Of a DNA stretch of 64,000 nt, positions 40,394-50,844 are shown in pieces. The notes below the pieces were generated by a model, which ran no database searches, had not been told where the DNA came from, and worked only from the letters and a program-made list of their open reading frames with translations. The stretch lies in assembly GCA_000092065.1 (NCBI GenBank), contig CP000581.1, one strand, 5' to 3'. Origin of the DNA: Ostreococcus lucimarinus. Lineage: Eukaryota. A program made the translations under genes and the position numbers. Each line of letters opens with the position of its first letter. Position 1 is the first letter of the stretch.

Positions 40394-42697
40394 TCAGACG
40401 ATTTCAGGGGTGACTGTGTCGTCTCCAGACGCTGCAGCGGCGGCTTGCGCGGTCATGAGCTTGAAGACCCGACTCGCGAAAACAGATGGCTTCTCGATGG
40501 AGAAACCAGACGTCAGCAAAGCGGTGTCGAACAAGAGTTGGCAGTTGTCTGCGGCTTCGGCGACGCCGGATTCCTTCATCTTTTTCAACTGAGCGATGAC
40601 GGGAGAAGCGGGGTTGATTTCCATCGTCTTCTTGCCCTTCATGTAATCTTGCGCGCGGTTATCACCCATGGCTTGGGCTTTCATGATGCGCTCCATGTTC
40701 GCGGACCAGCCGAATTTGGAAGTCACTAAGACGCACGGGGTGTCTGTGAGACGGTTTGACACCTCAACCTTTTCGACTTGTTCGCCGAGCGTGGCCTTCA
40801 TCCAGTCCGTGAGATCTTTGTACTCTTCCGCGAGCGCTTCGCGCGCGGCTTTGTCTGCATCGTCCTCATCACCGAGATCAAGCGCTTCCTTGGAAGCGTC
40901 GACGATGGGCTTTTCCTTGAACGTCGCCAAGTTGGCCATGGCGACTTCATCAATCGGATCGAGCAAGTATAAGACTTCGAAGCCCTTTTGCTTGAGCTTT
41001 TCGAGGAACGGAGAAGCTTCAGCGGCGTCCTTGTTGTCTGCAGCGACAAAATAGATGCTGTTTTGGCCCTCCGGCATGTCGTTCAAGTAGTCGTCCAAGC
41101 CTCGCAACTCGCCGTCGTCGCCGCTCTTCGACGTGGTGAAGCGCAAGAGTTCAGCCAAATCCTTGCGGTTGTCCGTGTCTTCGATGACGCCCAACTTCAG
41201 ATTACGTCCAAAGTTTTCCCAGAACGTGTCGTAATCGTCACCTTCACGCGCGGCGATGTCACGAAGCATGTCAAAAGTCTTGCGAATCAAGCGCTTGCGA
41301 ATGACGCGAACGATGCGAGATTCTTGAAGGATTTCGCGAGAGACGTTGAGAGGCAAGTCGGAAGAATCGACGACGCCTCGAACGAAGGTGAGGTATCGCG
41401 GCAACAACGACTCGTCAAACTCGTCGGAGATGAACACGCGTCGAACGAAGAGTTTAATAGCCTTCGATTTGGACATCATGTCCTGTTGCTCGAACGGCGC
41501 CATGCCTGGGATGAACAAGATGGAGCGGAATTCGATGTCGCCCTCCACGGCGAAATGCGAGTGCGCGAGCGGGTCGAGGAACTCTTTGAACGTGGATTTG
41601 AAGAACTCGTTATACGACTCTTGCTCGACATCCTTGGGCGAACGAACCCAGATGGGCTTATCGTTGTTGGCCGTCGTCCACTCTTCCACTTGCTCGAACT
41701 CCTTCTTCTTCACGGGTTTGGGTTCCGGCTCGGTGAACTCCTCGCCCTTGGCCTCGGCTTCGATCTTCTTCTTCTCCCACGCTTCCTTCAAAGCATCGGT
41801 AGAAGCCTTGTCTTCGACTTCCTTTTCCTTGGTCGTCTTCGCCCAGACATCGATGGGGAAAGAGATGAACTCGCTGTACGTCTTCACGAGCGACGACAGC
41901 TTTTCCCCTGTGGAGAATTCCTCGCATCCTTCCTTGAGGTGCAAGACGATTTTTGTCCCGCGCGCGATGGCTTCTTCGCTCTCCTTCACGGTGTACGAGC
42001 TGGCGTTGATCTCGGACTCCCACACCCACGTCTTGTCGTCGTCACCCGACGCCGCCTTGGAGTACACGGTGATTTTATCAGCCACCAAAAACGCCGAATA
42101 AAAGCCGACGCCGAATTTACCGATCAAGTTTTCCCCGTCGCTTCGGCTCTGCAACATTTCCATAAACTTGGCCGTTCCCGAGCGCGCGATCGTCCCGAGC
42201 GACGACACGAGATCTTCTTTGTTCATCCCAATCCCCGTGTCCTCGATCGTCAGCGTTTTCGCCTCGGGATCTCCCTTAATCTTAATTCTCAACTCCTCGT
42301 TCCCTCCCATGGCGTTCGGGTCCGAGAGCGCGGAGAATCGAAGCTTGTCGCACGCGTCGCTCGCGTTCGACACGAGCTCGCGCAAGAACACATCCTTATT
42401 GCTGTACAACGAGTTCACGATCAAATCCATCAATCGGTGCACCTGCGCGCGCGCGAGCACCGCGATCGTCAGTCTCGCCGAAGTTCCCTCCGTTCCCTCT
42501 CGCGTCTTCTAGAAGGCCTTCTAGAAGGCTCTCTTCCGTCGCGCGCGCGACGCCCTCGCGCGCCTCCGTCTTCGCCACCACTCGCGCGCCGTCTCGCGTC
42601 GTGCGCGCACCTCGGCTTGATACTCAAACGTCTCTTCCGTCGCCGCCGCGCGCGTCGTCGTCAGCGCGCGCGCGCGTCGCGGCGTCGCCGTCCGCAT
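40394..42697 (-). CDS. Plastid-type HSP90 (HSP90C/HtpG-like). Two exons (42697-42611 and 42442-40394); the intron at 42443-42610 is GT-AG.
   Basis: Exon 1 is MRTATPRRARALTTTRAAATEETFEYQAE. Donor GTGCGC. Acceptor cgcgcag. Exon 2 is [36 protein letters not shown], matching the chloroplast HSP90C N-domain [40 protein letters not shown]. Full GHKL ATPase, middle and C-domains follow. Confidence 0.85.
42506..42527. promoter_or_regulatory. Perfect 22-bp palindrome cttctagaaggccttctagaag with two TTCtaGAA heat-shock-element-like dimers, inside the HSP90C first intron
   Basis: Read directly. nTTCnnGAAn is the HSE core. Two copies are separated by ggcc. It sits 85-105 bp downstream of the predicted start codon. 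Confidence 0.4.
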
Positions 42698-42817
42698 CGC
42701 CGCCGCCGCCTCGACGTTCGTCGTCGTCTTCGTCGTCGTCTTCGTCGTCGTCGCGCGTCGTCGTGTGCGCGCCGTGCCGCACTTTGCGTCGGATTGGATT
42801 GGTTTCGTCGCGGCGGC

Positions 42818-43681
42818 ATGGGCGCCGTCGGGCGATTCACGGGCGCGCCGCTGGCGCGCGTGATGTGCGCGATGACGCTCGCGACGTCGGTCGCCGCGCG
42901 CGCGATGCACGGCGCGCGCGCGGCGACGGTGATCGAGCGCGCGCTGTCGAGGACGCGCGGACGAGGACGCTGGGGCGACGCGCGCGCGCTCGCGGCGATG
43001 GTCGGACGCGAGTGGGGGTTTTGTCACGGCGCCGCGGAGCTCGTGATCGGGATGACGCTGCTGAGCGAGCTCGGTCGAGCGGTCGAGCGGGCGTGCGGCA
43101 CGCGGAGGTTCGCGGGGGCGACGTTGGCGGCGCGGTGCGCGATGGAGATCGTGTCGAGGGTCGCGTGGCGCGCGCGAGGGGTCGGGAACGACGTGTCGGG
43201 GCCGTACGGCGTGGTGTTCGCGCTGTTGGCGATGTATGGACGGGAGATTCCGGCGACGGCGACGTACGCGGCGGGCGTCGGCCCGCTGAGCTTCGCGTTG
43301 AGCGATAAATCGTTGACCTATTTCAGCGCTCTGTGCCTGGCGCTCGGTCGAGGGATCGTCAGCGCGAGATTGGCGCTCATAGGAACGTTCGCGGGGTACG
43401 TCGTCACGGATGGCATCGGCCTCGATCACCGCGCGTTGGCGGCGCCGGAGTGGGTGGCGAGCCTGTGCAGAGGCTTCGGCGCGCCCGGGCCAATCATCCG
43501 CGTTCGCGCGAGTAGTCGACCGCGAGGGCGCGGTGGTGACGGCGCGGTCGGCGTCGAACCGAGCGCGGAGAACATTCAATTGCTCGTGTCCATGGGATTC
43601 GATGAAGCCGCCGCCGCTCGAGCGTTGCGCCGGGCGAACGACGACGTGCAGCGCGCGACGAACATTTTACTCACGGCGTGA
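42818..43681 (+). CDS. UBAC2-like rhomboid-fold membrane protein with a C-terminal UBA domain
   Basis: Multi-TM region. The C-terminal UBA is ENIQLLVSMGFDEAAAARALRRANDDVQRATNILL. The ORF track extends to 40988 on this strand, but that part is antisense to HSP90C and is rejected. The start is placed at ATG 42818. Confidence 0.7.
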   Translation: MGAVGRFTGAPLARVMCAMTLATSVAARAMHGARAATVIERALSRTRGRGRWGDARALAAMVGREWGFCHGAAELVIGMTLLSELGRAVERACGTRRFAGATLAARCAMEIVSRVAWRARGVGNDVSGPYGVVFALLAMYGREIPATATYAAGVGPLSFALSDKSLTYFSALCLALGRGIVSARLALIGTFAGYVVTDGIGLDHRALAAPEWVASLCRGFGAPGPIIRVRASSRPRGRGGDGAVGVEPSAENIQLLVSMGFDEAAAARALRRANDDVQRATNILLTA

Positions 43682-44360
43682 GCGCGCGCGCCGTGCGTAA
43701 TATCGCGCGCGCCGTGCGCTCATCGCATGTAATATCTGTATGTCTAGTAGAATTCGTTGTTGTTACACGCCGCGCGCCCGTCGTCGCAAAATCTAAAACT
43801 GCGCGATTCTCGGCAAGAGCGACGGCATCGCCGCGTGTCGTCGATAGTTCCCCGTCAACGCCAATCCGCGCGCGCCGAATCCCCCCCCCCCTCGCACGCT
43901 TTCGCAGCACGTCGTCGCCAACGCTTCTTCCCCGCTCGCCGCGAACGTCGTCGCGGTGTCTCCGCCTCCGCGCTCCCGCGCCCCCGTGTGCACGCCTTGC
44001 TTTTGCTTGTGTTTCGGCGACTTCGTGCACACCACGAACAGCCTCCCGCGCCGTCGCACGATCCTGCACGCCTCGCACAGTTTCTTTATCGCCGTTCGAA
44101 CCTATCGCGTCGCGCGTCGTCGTCGGCGTCAGTCGTCGCGTCGGTCCCGTCGTCGAGCGAGGCGTAGGTCACGCCGAGCGTCGCGTCGCGTCGCGTCGTC
44201 GCGTCGTCGCGTCGTCGGTCGCGCGCGCGACCGCGACCGCGTCGTCCGCGACGTCGTCCGCGACGTCGTCCGCCATCTCGCGCCATCTCGCGCACCTTCA
44301 TCGCGTCGAGGCGACGATCGCGCCGCAGTGCGGGACGCCGCGACGTCGCGCGGCGACGCC

Positions 44361-45077
44361 ATGGCGCGCGAAAACGTCTTCCACGTCGAAAAGCACGCCA
44401 ACGACGCGCTGCACAACCCGCCGAAGCGAGGGCGGACGCACACGGTGCGAGAGATCGAGGCCGCGGCGCGCGCGCTCGGACGCGCGACGACGAAGGACGA
44501 CGACGGCGACGGCGACGGCGATGGCGACGGCGTCGCCGCGGGCGACGTCGTCGTCGTCGATGGATGCGTCGTGCGCGTCGACGCGACGCGAAAACGATCG
44601 ACGAAGACGACGCGCGCGCGCGAGTCCGCGCTCGCGACGAGCGGGGCGCTGGGTAAGGGCAAACGAAGAGCGCTCGCGGAGGAGGACAGGTGGAAGACGA
44701 TGTCGCGCATCGAGAGCGGCGGGACGGCCGGCGCGGCGGCGCTTCGAGAGGCGAGGCGAGCGACGTTGGGACTGTCGCGCGGAGTTCGTGGGGAACGGGG
44801 CGACGACGACGGACCGGTCGTCGTGCCGGAGGGAGATTTACGCTTCGTCGACGGTTGGGCGGTCGGACGTCTGGACGGCGCGGCGGAAGGTTCGGAGACA
44901 GTAACGGGCGCGAGATCGCTCGATAGATCGCCCGACGGCGTCGCGGTGAAGTCGAAATCGATCGATGTATCGTTCGGACGCGCGAAGAAGAAGCGGCGAG
45001 ACGCGGGACGAGTCGCGGAGACGACGACGACGAGTCGACGCGTCGGCGGTTTATCGTTCGACGTCGAAGAAGATTAG
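44361..45077 (+). CDS. Hypothetical protein (238 aa), low-complexity
   Basis: ORF from MARENVFHVEKHANDALHNPPKRGRTHTVREIEAAARALG. The surrounding region carries several overlapping R-rich ORFs on both strands, so the gene model is weak. Confidence 0.25.
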   Translation: MARENVFHVEKHANDALHNPPKRGRTHTVREIEAAARALGRATTKDDDGDGDGDGDGVAAGDVVVVDGCVVRVDATRKRSTKTTRARESALATSGALGKGKRRALAEEDRWKTMSRIESGGTAGAAALREARRATLGLSRGVRGERGDDDGPVVVPEGDLRFVDGWAVGRLDGAAEGSETVTGARSLDRSPDGVAVKSKSIDVSFGRAKKKRRDAGRVAETTTTSRRVGGLSFDVEED

Positions 45078-45157
45078 CGCGTAGAGCATGGCTCAGCCAT
45101 CAACCACTAGGATCGCTGGGATATAGTAATAGAGCTAGTACAGCAATTGCGAAATGC

Positions 45158-45823
45158 TTACATGACGACGCACTGGTCGCCGTTTGCCGGCGACGCATCG
45201 TTCGGATTATCCGGGATGGGTGCGTCCAGAGGCGCCGCGCTAGAATTCCGCGAGTTGCGGTAACATTCGGGCGGTTTGAATTCTACGCTCTTGACCGGGG
45301 CAGACTTGACTACGACTGGCGCTGCTTTCGGCAAATCGCGCGGCGCTGGAACGAGCGCTGGGGCCTGATTTACCACCGCCGCCGGCGCCGACGTGGACTC
45401 GCCGCGCGCCGCCGACGCAGTCGCGACTTCGACGTCCAATCCATCAATCGCTAATTTCTCACACTTCTCCGCCGCCTGTCTGACGAGTCTTTCGACCGCG
45501 TCCTCTACTTTCGCCTCTACTTTCGCCTCGCTCTGTGTGCCTCTCTCTTCCTCATCAATCACTTTCAAAAAGTCGAGGCGAGTGCCGCCGACGTCTTCGG
45601 CGCCGCTGAACCGCCCAGTCCTCGTCCCACTATCGACGCCGAAGCCACCGCCGAACGCGTCCACGGGCGTGTTCGGCATCGATTTCGCTTTCCTCTGCGC
45701 CTCTAGTCTCGATCGCGCGCTGCTAACGCGAGCCATCGCCGCTTCGGTGGCTTTGCCTATGTCGTCAAAGTCCCGTCGGTTTCGCTCTTTCACCGTCGGC
45801 GACGCGCGGGCGGACTGCGACAT
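45158..45823 (-). CDS. Hypothetical protein (221 aa)
   Basis: ORF only. No domain recognised. Confidence 0.3.
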   Translation of the reverse strand: MSQSARASPTVKERNRRDFDDIGKATEAAMARVSSARSRLEAQRKAKSMPNTPVDAFGGGFGVDSGTRTGRFSGAEDVGGTRLDFLKVIDEEERGTQSEAKVEAKVEDAVERLVRQAAEKCEKLAIDGLDVEVATASAARGESTSAPAAVVNQAPALVPAPRDLPKAAPVVVKSAPVKSVEFKPPECYRNSRNSSAAPLDAPIPDNPNDASPANGDQCVVM

Positions 45824-45858
45824 CGAACGATGAATCGAATTTCTCTCGCTGAGACGTC

Positions 45859-46128
45859 TTATCGCGTCTTGCGTTCCTCCAGCGCGGCGTTTGCGCGCGC
45901 TATATCACGCTCGGTGCGATGGCTCAGGTAAAGCAAAGCCGTCGGTAGCGCGCAAAGGGTGCACAACGCGAGCAATGGAGACGATAACACGAAGCCTTTG
46001 AGTGCGTCGCGCAACGGCTTTAAGACCTCGGTCGTGGTTGAGTGCAAGAGCTCGAACTCCATGCACACCGCCGAGTCGCGAACTGCGGCGGGGCGCGCGG
46101 AAGCGAAGCGCCGAGAAGAGTGAGACAT
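45859..46128 (-). CDS. Small hypothetical protein with one hydrophobic segment (89 aa)
   Basis: ORF with FVLSSPLLALCTLCALPTALLYL. It could be a 5' part of the downstream ORF if an undetected intron exists, but no splice consensus was found. Confidence 0.2.
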   Translation of the reverse strand: MSHSSRRFASARPAAVRDSAVCMEFELLHSTTTEVLKPLRDALKGFVLSSPLLALCTLCALPTALLYLSHRTERDIARANAALEERKTR

Positions 46129-46170
46129 AGCGCGGACGAATGAATATGAAAATATGAAAACTACCTATAC

Positions 46171-47652
46171 CTACAGTTTACTCAAACCCACTGCAGCGGC
46201 CGGTAGGACCTTGTACGGGTTCATGATCCCGAACGGATCGAGCGCGCGTTTCATCGTCGCCATGAGTTCGACGGCTTTGGCGTCTTTACTATAGTGAATT
46301 TCTTCCGCCTTCATCACCCCTAACCCGTGCTCAGCGCTGACACTTCCCCGTTCATCGCGCGTGTACTCGTACACGAACGGCTCAATCGCACGTTCGATGG
46401 CGTCGTCGTATTCCGCGCACGACACATTCAAATGCAAATTTCCGTCTCCCGCGTGCCCGTATCCGAGCACCTTCACCCGCGATCCGAACATCGGACGTAA
46501 ACGATCGCGCAATACGACGACTAAATTGTACATGCGAGCCGTCGGCAGTGAAAGGTCGTATTTGTACACCGCGCCCGCGTACTTGAGCGCCACCGATATG
46601 CGTTCGCGAAGAGTCCACAACGCGAAGGCGTGCTTCTCGTCTCTACCCACGACGCCATCGACGACGATGCGCTGACTCTTGACGACGTTCAAAAATGCGT
46701 CGAGTTTAGCGGTATCGTGTTTCGCATCGCTACCGCTGGTCTCGATGACGACGTAAAACTCGCACGGCTTCCCGGGTAGAGGGTCTCGCGTGCCGCTGAG
46801 TTGGGCCAAGACCAAGTCCAAACTTTCTCGGTCGAAAAACTCGTACGCGCTCAGAATTTCCCCGAGGAGCCCTCGAGCGAGCTTGAGCATCTCAACGCAC
46901 TTCGCGAACGATTCCAAGCCGAACAAAGCCACGTTTACGCTCCGCGGCGCGCGCGGCGTGGAAATCGCCACCTTTGTCACCACGCCGAGCGTTCCTTCGG
47001 CGCCGATGAAGAGTTGCTTCAAATCGTACCCCGTGTTGTCTTTCCGCAGCGTGCGAACGAGGTCCAGTACATCCCCGTTCGGTAAAACGACCTCCAACCC
47101 GAGCACGCTTCCCCGTAAGCTGCCGTATCGCAACAATCTCAAACCGCCCGCGTTGGTCGACACGCACCCGCCCATTTGACACTTCCCTTTCGCCCCTAAA
47201 TCGAGAGGCACCGTCATCCCTCGCGCGCGCACCGCGCTCTCCAGCTCCTCTAACACCACTCCCGCCTCGCACACCGCGCATCCCGCGTCTTCGTCGATGG
47301 AGACGATATCTCGCATGCGCTCCAGCGACACCACGACTTCGTCTCGCGTCGGCGTCCCGCCGCCCACCAACCCCGTGTTCCCTCCCTGCGGCACCACCGC
47401 GATCCTCCGCGCGTGGCAGTGACGCATGACTTTCGAAACTTCTTCCGTCGTTCGCGGCAGCACCACCACCGCGCTCGCGCCGACGTATTTCCCCATCCAG
47501 TCGACGCTGTACTTTTTCACATCTTCCGCGCGCGTCAACACGCGCGTCGCGTCGCCGCCGAGCGCGTCGACGAACGCGTCCGCGTCGCTCGCGCGCACGA
47601 CACTGAACGGCCACTGTCGCGCGCGCGCGTCGCTCGCGCCGGCGCCGCCCAT
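46171..47652 (-). CDS. FAD-linked oxidase: D-2-hydroxyglutarate dehydrogenase / D-lactate dehydrogenase (cytochrome)-like, mitochondrial type
   Basis: FAD-binding PCMH domain with VVPQGGNTGLVGGGTP. The C-terminal FAD-oxidase domain has the HAGDGNLH motif. Confidence 0.85.
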   Translation of the reverse strand: MGGAGASDARARQWPFSVVRASDADAFVDALGGDATRVLTRAEDVKKYSVDWMGKYVGASAVVVLPRTTEEVSKVMRHCHARRIAVVPQGGNTGLVGGGTPTRDEVVVSLERMRDIVSIDEDAGCAVCEAGVVLEELESAVRARGMTVPLDLGAKGKCQMGGCVSTNAGGLRLLRYGSLRGSVLGLEVVLPNGDVLDLVRTLRKDNTGYDLKQLFIGAEGTLGVVTKVAISTPRAPRSVNVALFGLESFAKCVEMLKLARGLLGEILSAYEFFDRESLDLVLAQLSGTRDPLPGKPCEFYVVIETSGSDAKHDTAKLDAFLNVVKSQRIVVDGVVGRDEKHAFALWTLRERISVALKYAGAVYKYDLSLPTARMYNLVVVLRDRLRPMFGSRVKVLGYGHAGDGNLHLNVSCAEYDDAIERAIEPFVYEYTRDERGSVSAEHGLGVMKAEEIHYSKDAKAVELMATMKRALDPFGIMNPYKVLPAAAVGLSKL

Positions 47653-47672
47653 GGACGCCGACGCGACACTCT

Positions 47673-48677
47673 GTGACGCGACACCCGGTCTGGCCGACGC
47701 CGATGCCGCTCGAACTCGTCGACGCGGACACGCAGGTGGCGGGAAATCACGCGCACGGACGCATGGCGAAACAATCGCCGTGCGGGACGTGGTTTTACAA
47801 GCCCCACGTCGCGGGCGACGCGCGGAGCGCGGTAGAGTTTGCGTTTTACGCCGACGTTTCGAGAGAGGCGAAACTCGACGACGACGACGACGACGACGAC
47901 GCGGTGCCGCGCGAGCGCGTCGATGACGCGGTGCCGACGCCGAAGACGCCTGATGACGCGAACGACGCCGCGCGCGCGCTGCGAGCGTTCGTGTGCGCGC
48001 GGATACCGAGGTGTCCGGCGTCGCGCGCGAGCAAGACGCGAGGACGAAACGAGACGTTCGGGACGAGCGATGGGTTCGGGGATGGGTTAGACGTGGATGG
48101 GTACCTGAGATTGAAGAATTTGACGTTCGGATACGCGCGACCGTGCGTGATCGATCTGAAGATCGGCGTTCGAACGTGGGATGGGAAGCACAGCGCGGAG
48201 TATTTGGAGAAGCGAGCGAAATCAGAGGCGGGGACGACGCACGAGACGCTCGGTTTCAAGGTGTGCGGCGCGCAGACGTACGACGCGAGTGGTGCGCTGC
48301 AAAGGTTGTCGAGGGATGAATGTAAACGCATACGCATGAGCGAGGCGCTGACGAAGGAGACGTTGGAAAATTTCGTGCGCGATCCCGCGACCGGGGAGAG
48401 GAACGCGTGGTTTTGGCCGGCGCTTTTGAAGCAGTTGTTAAGCGAACCGCTCAGAGCCCTGTCGTATCGATTAGTCGGTACATCGTTGCTCGTCGTGTAC
48501 GAAAGTGGGAGCTTGGCGCCGTCAGAAATCGCGGGCGCGGTGTGCGTTCCAGAATCGAAATTGGAGGCTAGGTACATCGACTTTTGCCACGCCGTGCGTA
48601 AATGCGACGGCGAAGACGTGGATCATAATTTCGAGGGTGGGTTGAAACTGTTCCAGAGATTCGTCGAATCGATGTAG
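47673..48677 (+). CDS. Inositol polyphosphate kinase (IPK family; IPMK/IP6K-like)
   Basis: IPK signature motifs: PCVIDLKIGVRTW (PxxxDxKxG), SSLLVVYE (SLL) and IDFCHAV (IDF[AG]H). Confidence 0.8.
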   Translation: MTRHPVWPTPMPLELVDADTQVAGNHAHGRMAKQSPCGTWFYKPHVAGDARSAVEFAFYADVSREAKLDDDDDDDDAVPRERVDDAVPTPKTPDDANDAARALRAFVCARIPRCPASRASKTRGRNETFGTSDGFGDGLDVDGYLRLKNLTFGYARPCVIDLKIGVRTWDGKHSAEYLEKRAKSEAGTTHETLGFKVCGAQTYDASGALQRLSRDECKRIRMSEALTKETLENFVRDPATGERNAWFWPALLKQLLSEPLRALSYRLVGTSLLVVYESGSLAPSEIAGAVCVPESKLEARYIDFCHAVRKCDGEDVDHNFEGGLKLFQRFVESM

Positions 48678-48714
48678 AAGTGCTAGAAACGATTAGCTAG
48701 ACGTAGGTTATGTA

Positions 48715-50844
48715 TCACGGGAGGTCACCGATCGCCTTAAACGCCTCTGACACGCGGATAAACATCCTCGTCGCCGATTTTCGTTCGCTCTCCGCCTTGT
48801 GCGTGTGCTTATCGGGATGCCACAACAGCGCGGCTCGGCGGTACGCCTTGGCTATTTCTTGCTTTGATGCATTCACGGCGACGCCCAGAGTTTTGTAGTG
48901 CTCGACTTGCACGTTACGTTCGCGTTGGATCTCAAAAACTCGCTGCGAGCGCTCGCGTTGGCGCTCGCGCTGCTCGTGTTCAAACCTGGCGCGACTCGCT
49001 TCTCTCTCGCGAGCCCAGTCTTTGCATACGCTGTGATCGGACGCGCGACAACCACATATCGAGCAAAAGCACACGATTTCTGGATTGTTTGCTTCGGTCT
49101 GCGGGAAGACGAGTTTGAATCCGGGGCACTCCGTGCACGTCTGACAGCCGACGCGTTCGGCGCCGGAGACGGCGTCGCATGTCGATTCGCAAACTGTTTC
49201 CTCTCGCTCTAGCGCAATCTGCACGCGCTCACCTAGTAGTCGCACGCGATGGCGTCGAGCGCAAGCTTCATCTTCCTTGCGAGTCTTTTCGATGCGTTCA
49301 AGACGCTCACGCTTGCGAAATTCCTTTTCGTTGCAATGGTTACTCGACTCACATCCACAACGTGCACATCGAGTGCCATCGCGGGCGAGCACCACTGCAT
49401 TGTACAAAGCCGTGTATTCTTCATTGTTCGCGTCGTGATTCGGCAACGGCGCGCGCTTCCATGAAGAAAATTTCGCGAAGGACGTGCACGCTTTGTCGCA
49501 AATCTTGCACGGACCGCGAAGCACACCTTCAGCGTCGGCGTCGCCCATCTCACCGCACGGTTCTTTAACCTTGAACAAATCGGCGAGAGAATCAACCTTT
49601 AACCCTGGCGGCTTGATCATTTTCACTTCCGTCGCTCGCCGTTTCGTCGCACCCGCGAGAACGATCTTCTCTGCGTTACGCTGTTGCTGGCGTGCAAATT
49701 GCTCTTCTTCCCATCTTTCGGCCCAGAGTTCATCTGCATCTTCGACTTCAGCAGCGTCCGTCACGGAGTCGGCGTGTTCGCGCTCGAATGCTTTAAACAT
49801 GTTCATACTATCTGCCATTCGCAGGTCGTCGTCCTGCTCGTCGGTATCTTCGCCGGCGACGACGCGCAATAATCGTGACATTAGCGATGACTCTTCCTCC
49901 TCTTCCTCCTCCTCCTCCTCCTCCTCCTTTTCTCTACGATTGGACATGGGCATAGAAACACCAACTGTGCTCGTCGCCGCATGCTTCATCGATACTTCGC
50001 TATCGACGTTGCGAATCGCGGTTTTTACCGGCCCGAGACGTTCGCACGTCGCCACTTCGACGCGAATGTCGCGCATCACGCGCTCGAGACGCGACAACAG
50101 CGACTTGGCTTCCTCGATCGACTGTTTTATCGTCAAACAGACGGAATCAGTATCCTCAAAGTCAGCAGGCGCGGGCGATGGCGTCGCCGTCGGCGGTCCC
50201 GCCGGTTTCGTTGGCGCCGGTTTCGTCCGCGGCGCGCGCGAGCGTTCGCACGCTTTCAACCCGTCTCGCGCCGTTTGTGACGTCGGGTCGAGCTTCAACG
50301 CGAGTTCGAATGATCTCTTGGCCACATCGGTGTTCCCCATCGCCAACGCCGCCGCGCCCACGCGCGTCCTCGCCTTGGCGTAATGCCCGTCGATGTCCAC
50401 CGCGCGCTCGGCGTCGCTCAGCGCCTGCGAATACTTGCCCATCTTCAAAAAGCACGCGCTACGATTGGAGTAACTCTTCGCATCCCCAGCCCTGCACTCG
50501 ATCGCCCGCGTGTAGTGCCCCACCGCCCGTTCGAACCGACCGTCGTCGAACGCGTCGTTCCCTCTCTCGCGCCAATCCGCGTTCTCGTCCACGGCGTGCT
50601 CCGCGCTCGCGCACCCGCACCTCGAGCAATTCGTCAGCGTCAAATCGTTGTGCGGATGCGCTCGCGTCTCCCCCGCGCTCGACGCGTCTCGCGCGTACTC
50701 ATTCGTGCGTTTCAAGTACCCCCCCGCGCACGCCGCGCCGCACCGCAGGCACTCGCCCCGGCACTTCCCGAACAGGTCCCGCGTCGTCTCGCGATTCGGT
50801 TCCAAGTGCGCCTCCGCGCGTCGTCCCGCGCGCGCGTCCATCAC
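48715..50844 (-). CDS. TPR-repeat DnaJ (J-domain) protein with three CxxCGCxxxxH Cys-rich repeats and a poly-Glu tract
   Basis: C-terminal J domain YKTLGVAVNASKQEIAKAYRRAALLWHPDKH. N-terminal TPRs (WRERGNDAFDDGRFERAVGHYTRAIE...). Three repeats: NCSRCGCASAEH, CARCGCESSNHC and CFCSICGCRASDHS. A (CTC)n tract at about 49891-49929 on + encodes poly-E. Confidence 0.8.
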   Translation of the reverse strand: MMDARAGRRAEAHLEPNRETTRDLFGKCRGECLRCGAACAGGYLKRTNEYARDASSAGETRAHPHNDLTLTNCSRCGCASAEHAVDENADWRERGNDAFDDGRFERAVGHYTRAIECRAGDAKSYSNRSACFLKMGKYSQALSDAERAVDIDGHYAKARTRVGAAALAMGNTDVAKRSFELALKLDPTSQTARDGLKACERSRAPRTKPAPTKPAGPPTATPSPAPADFEDTDSVCLTIKQSIEEAKSLLSRLERVMRDIRVEVATCERLGPVKTAIRNVDSEVSMKHAATSTVGVSMPMSNRREKEEEEEEEEEEEESSLMSRLLRVVAGEDTDEQDDDLRMADSMNMFKAFEREHADSVTDAAEVEDADELWAERWEEEQFARQQQRNAEKIVLAGATKRRATEVKMIKPPGLKVDSLADLFKVKEPCGEMGDADAEGVLRGPCKICDKACTSFAKFSSWKRAPLPNHDANNEEYTALYNAVVLARDGTRCARCGCESSNHCNEKEFRKRERLERIEKTRKEDEACARRHRVRLLGERVQIALEREETVCESTCDAVSGAERVGCQTCTECPGFKLVFPQTEANNPEIVCFCSICGCRASDHSVCKDWAREREASRARFEHEQRERQRERSQRVFEIQRERNVQVEHYKTLGVAVNASKQEIAKAYRRAALLWHPDKHTHKAESERKSATRMFIRVSEAFKAIGDLP

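Noticed and set aside
40988-42817. First 610 codons of an 897-aa plus-strand ORF
   Set aside because: It is antisense to the strongly supported HSP90C gene and low-complexity. Only the C-terminal 287 codons (42818-43681, UBAC2-like) look like a real protein.
43678-44904. 408-aa plus-strand ORF and several overlapping ORFs (43757-44167, 44086-44710)
   Set aside because: Low-complexity R/S/A-rich translations overlap each other on both strands. Only a weak candidate (44361-45077) was kept, at low confidence.
45800-45870. Possible intron joining ORFs 45859-46128 and 45158-45823 on the minus strand
   Set aside because: No convincing GT donor or AG acceptor with the consensus seen in the three verified introns. 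The ORFs are kept separate at low confidence.
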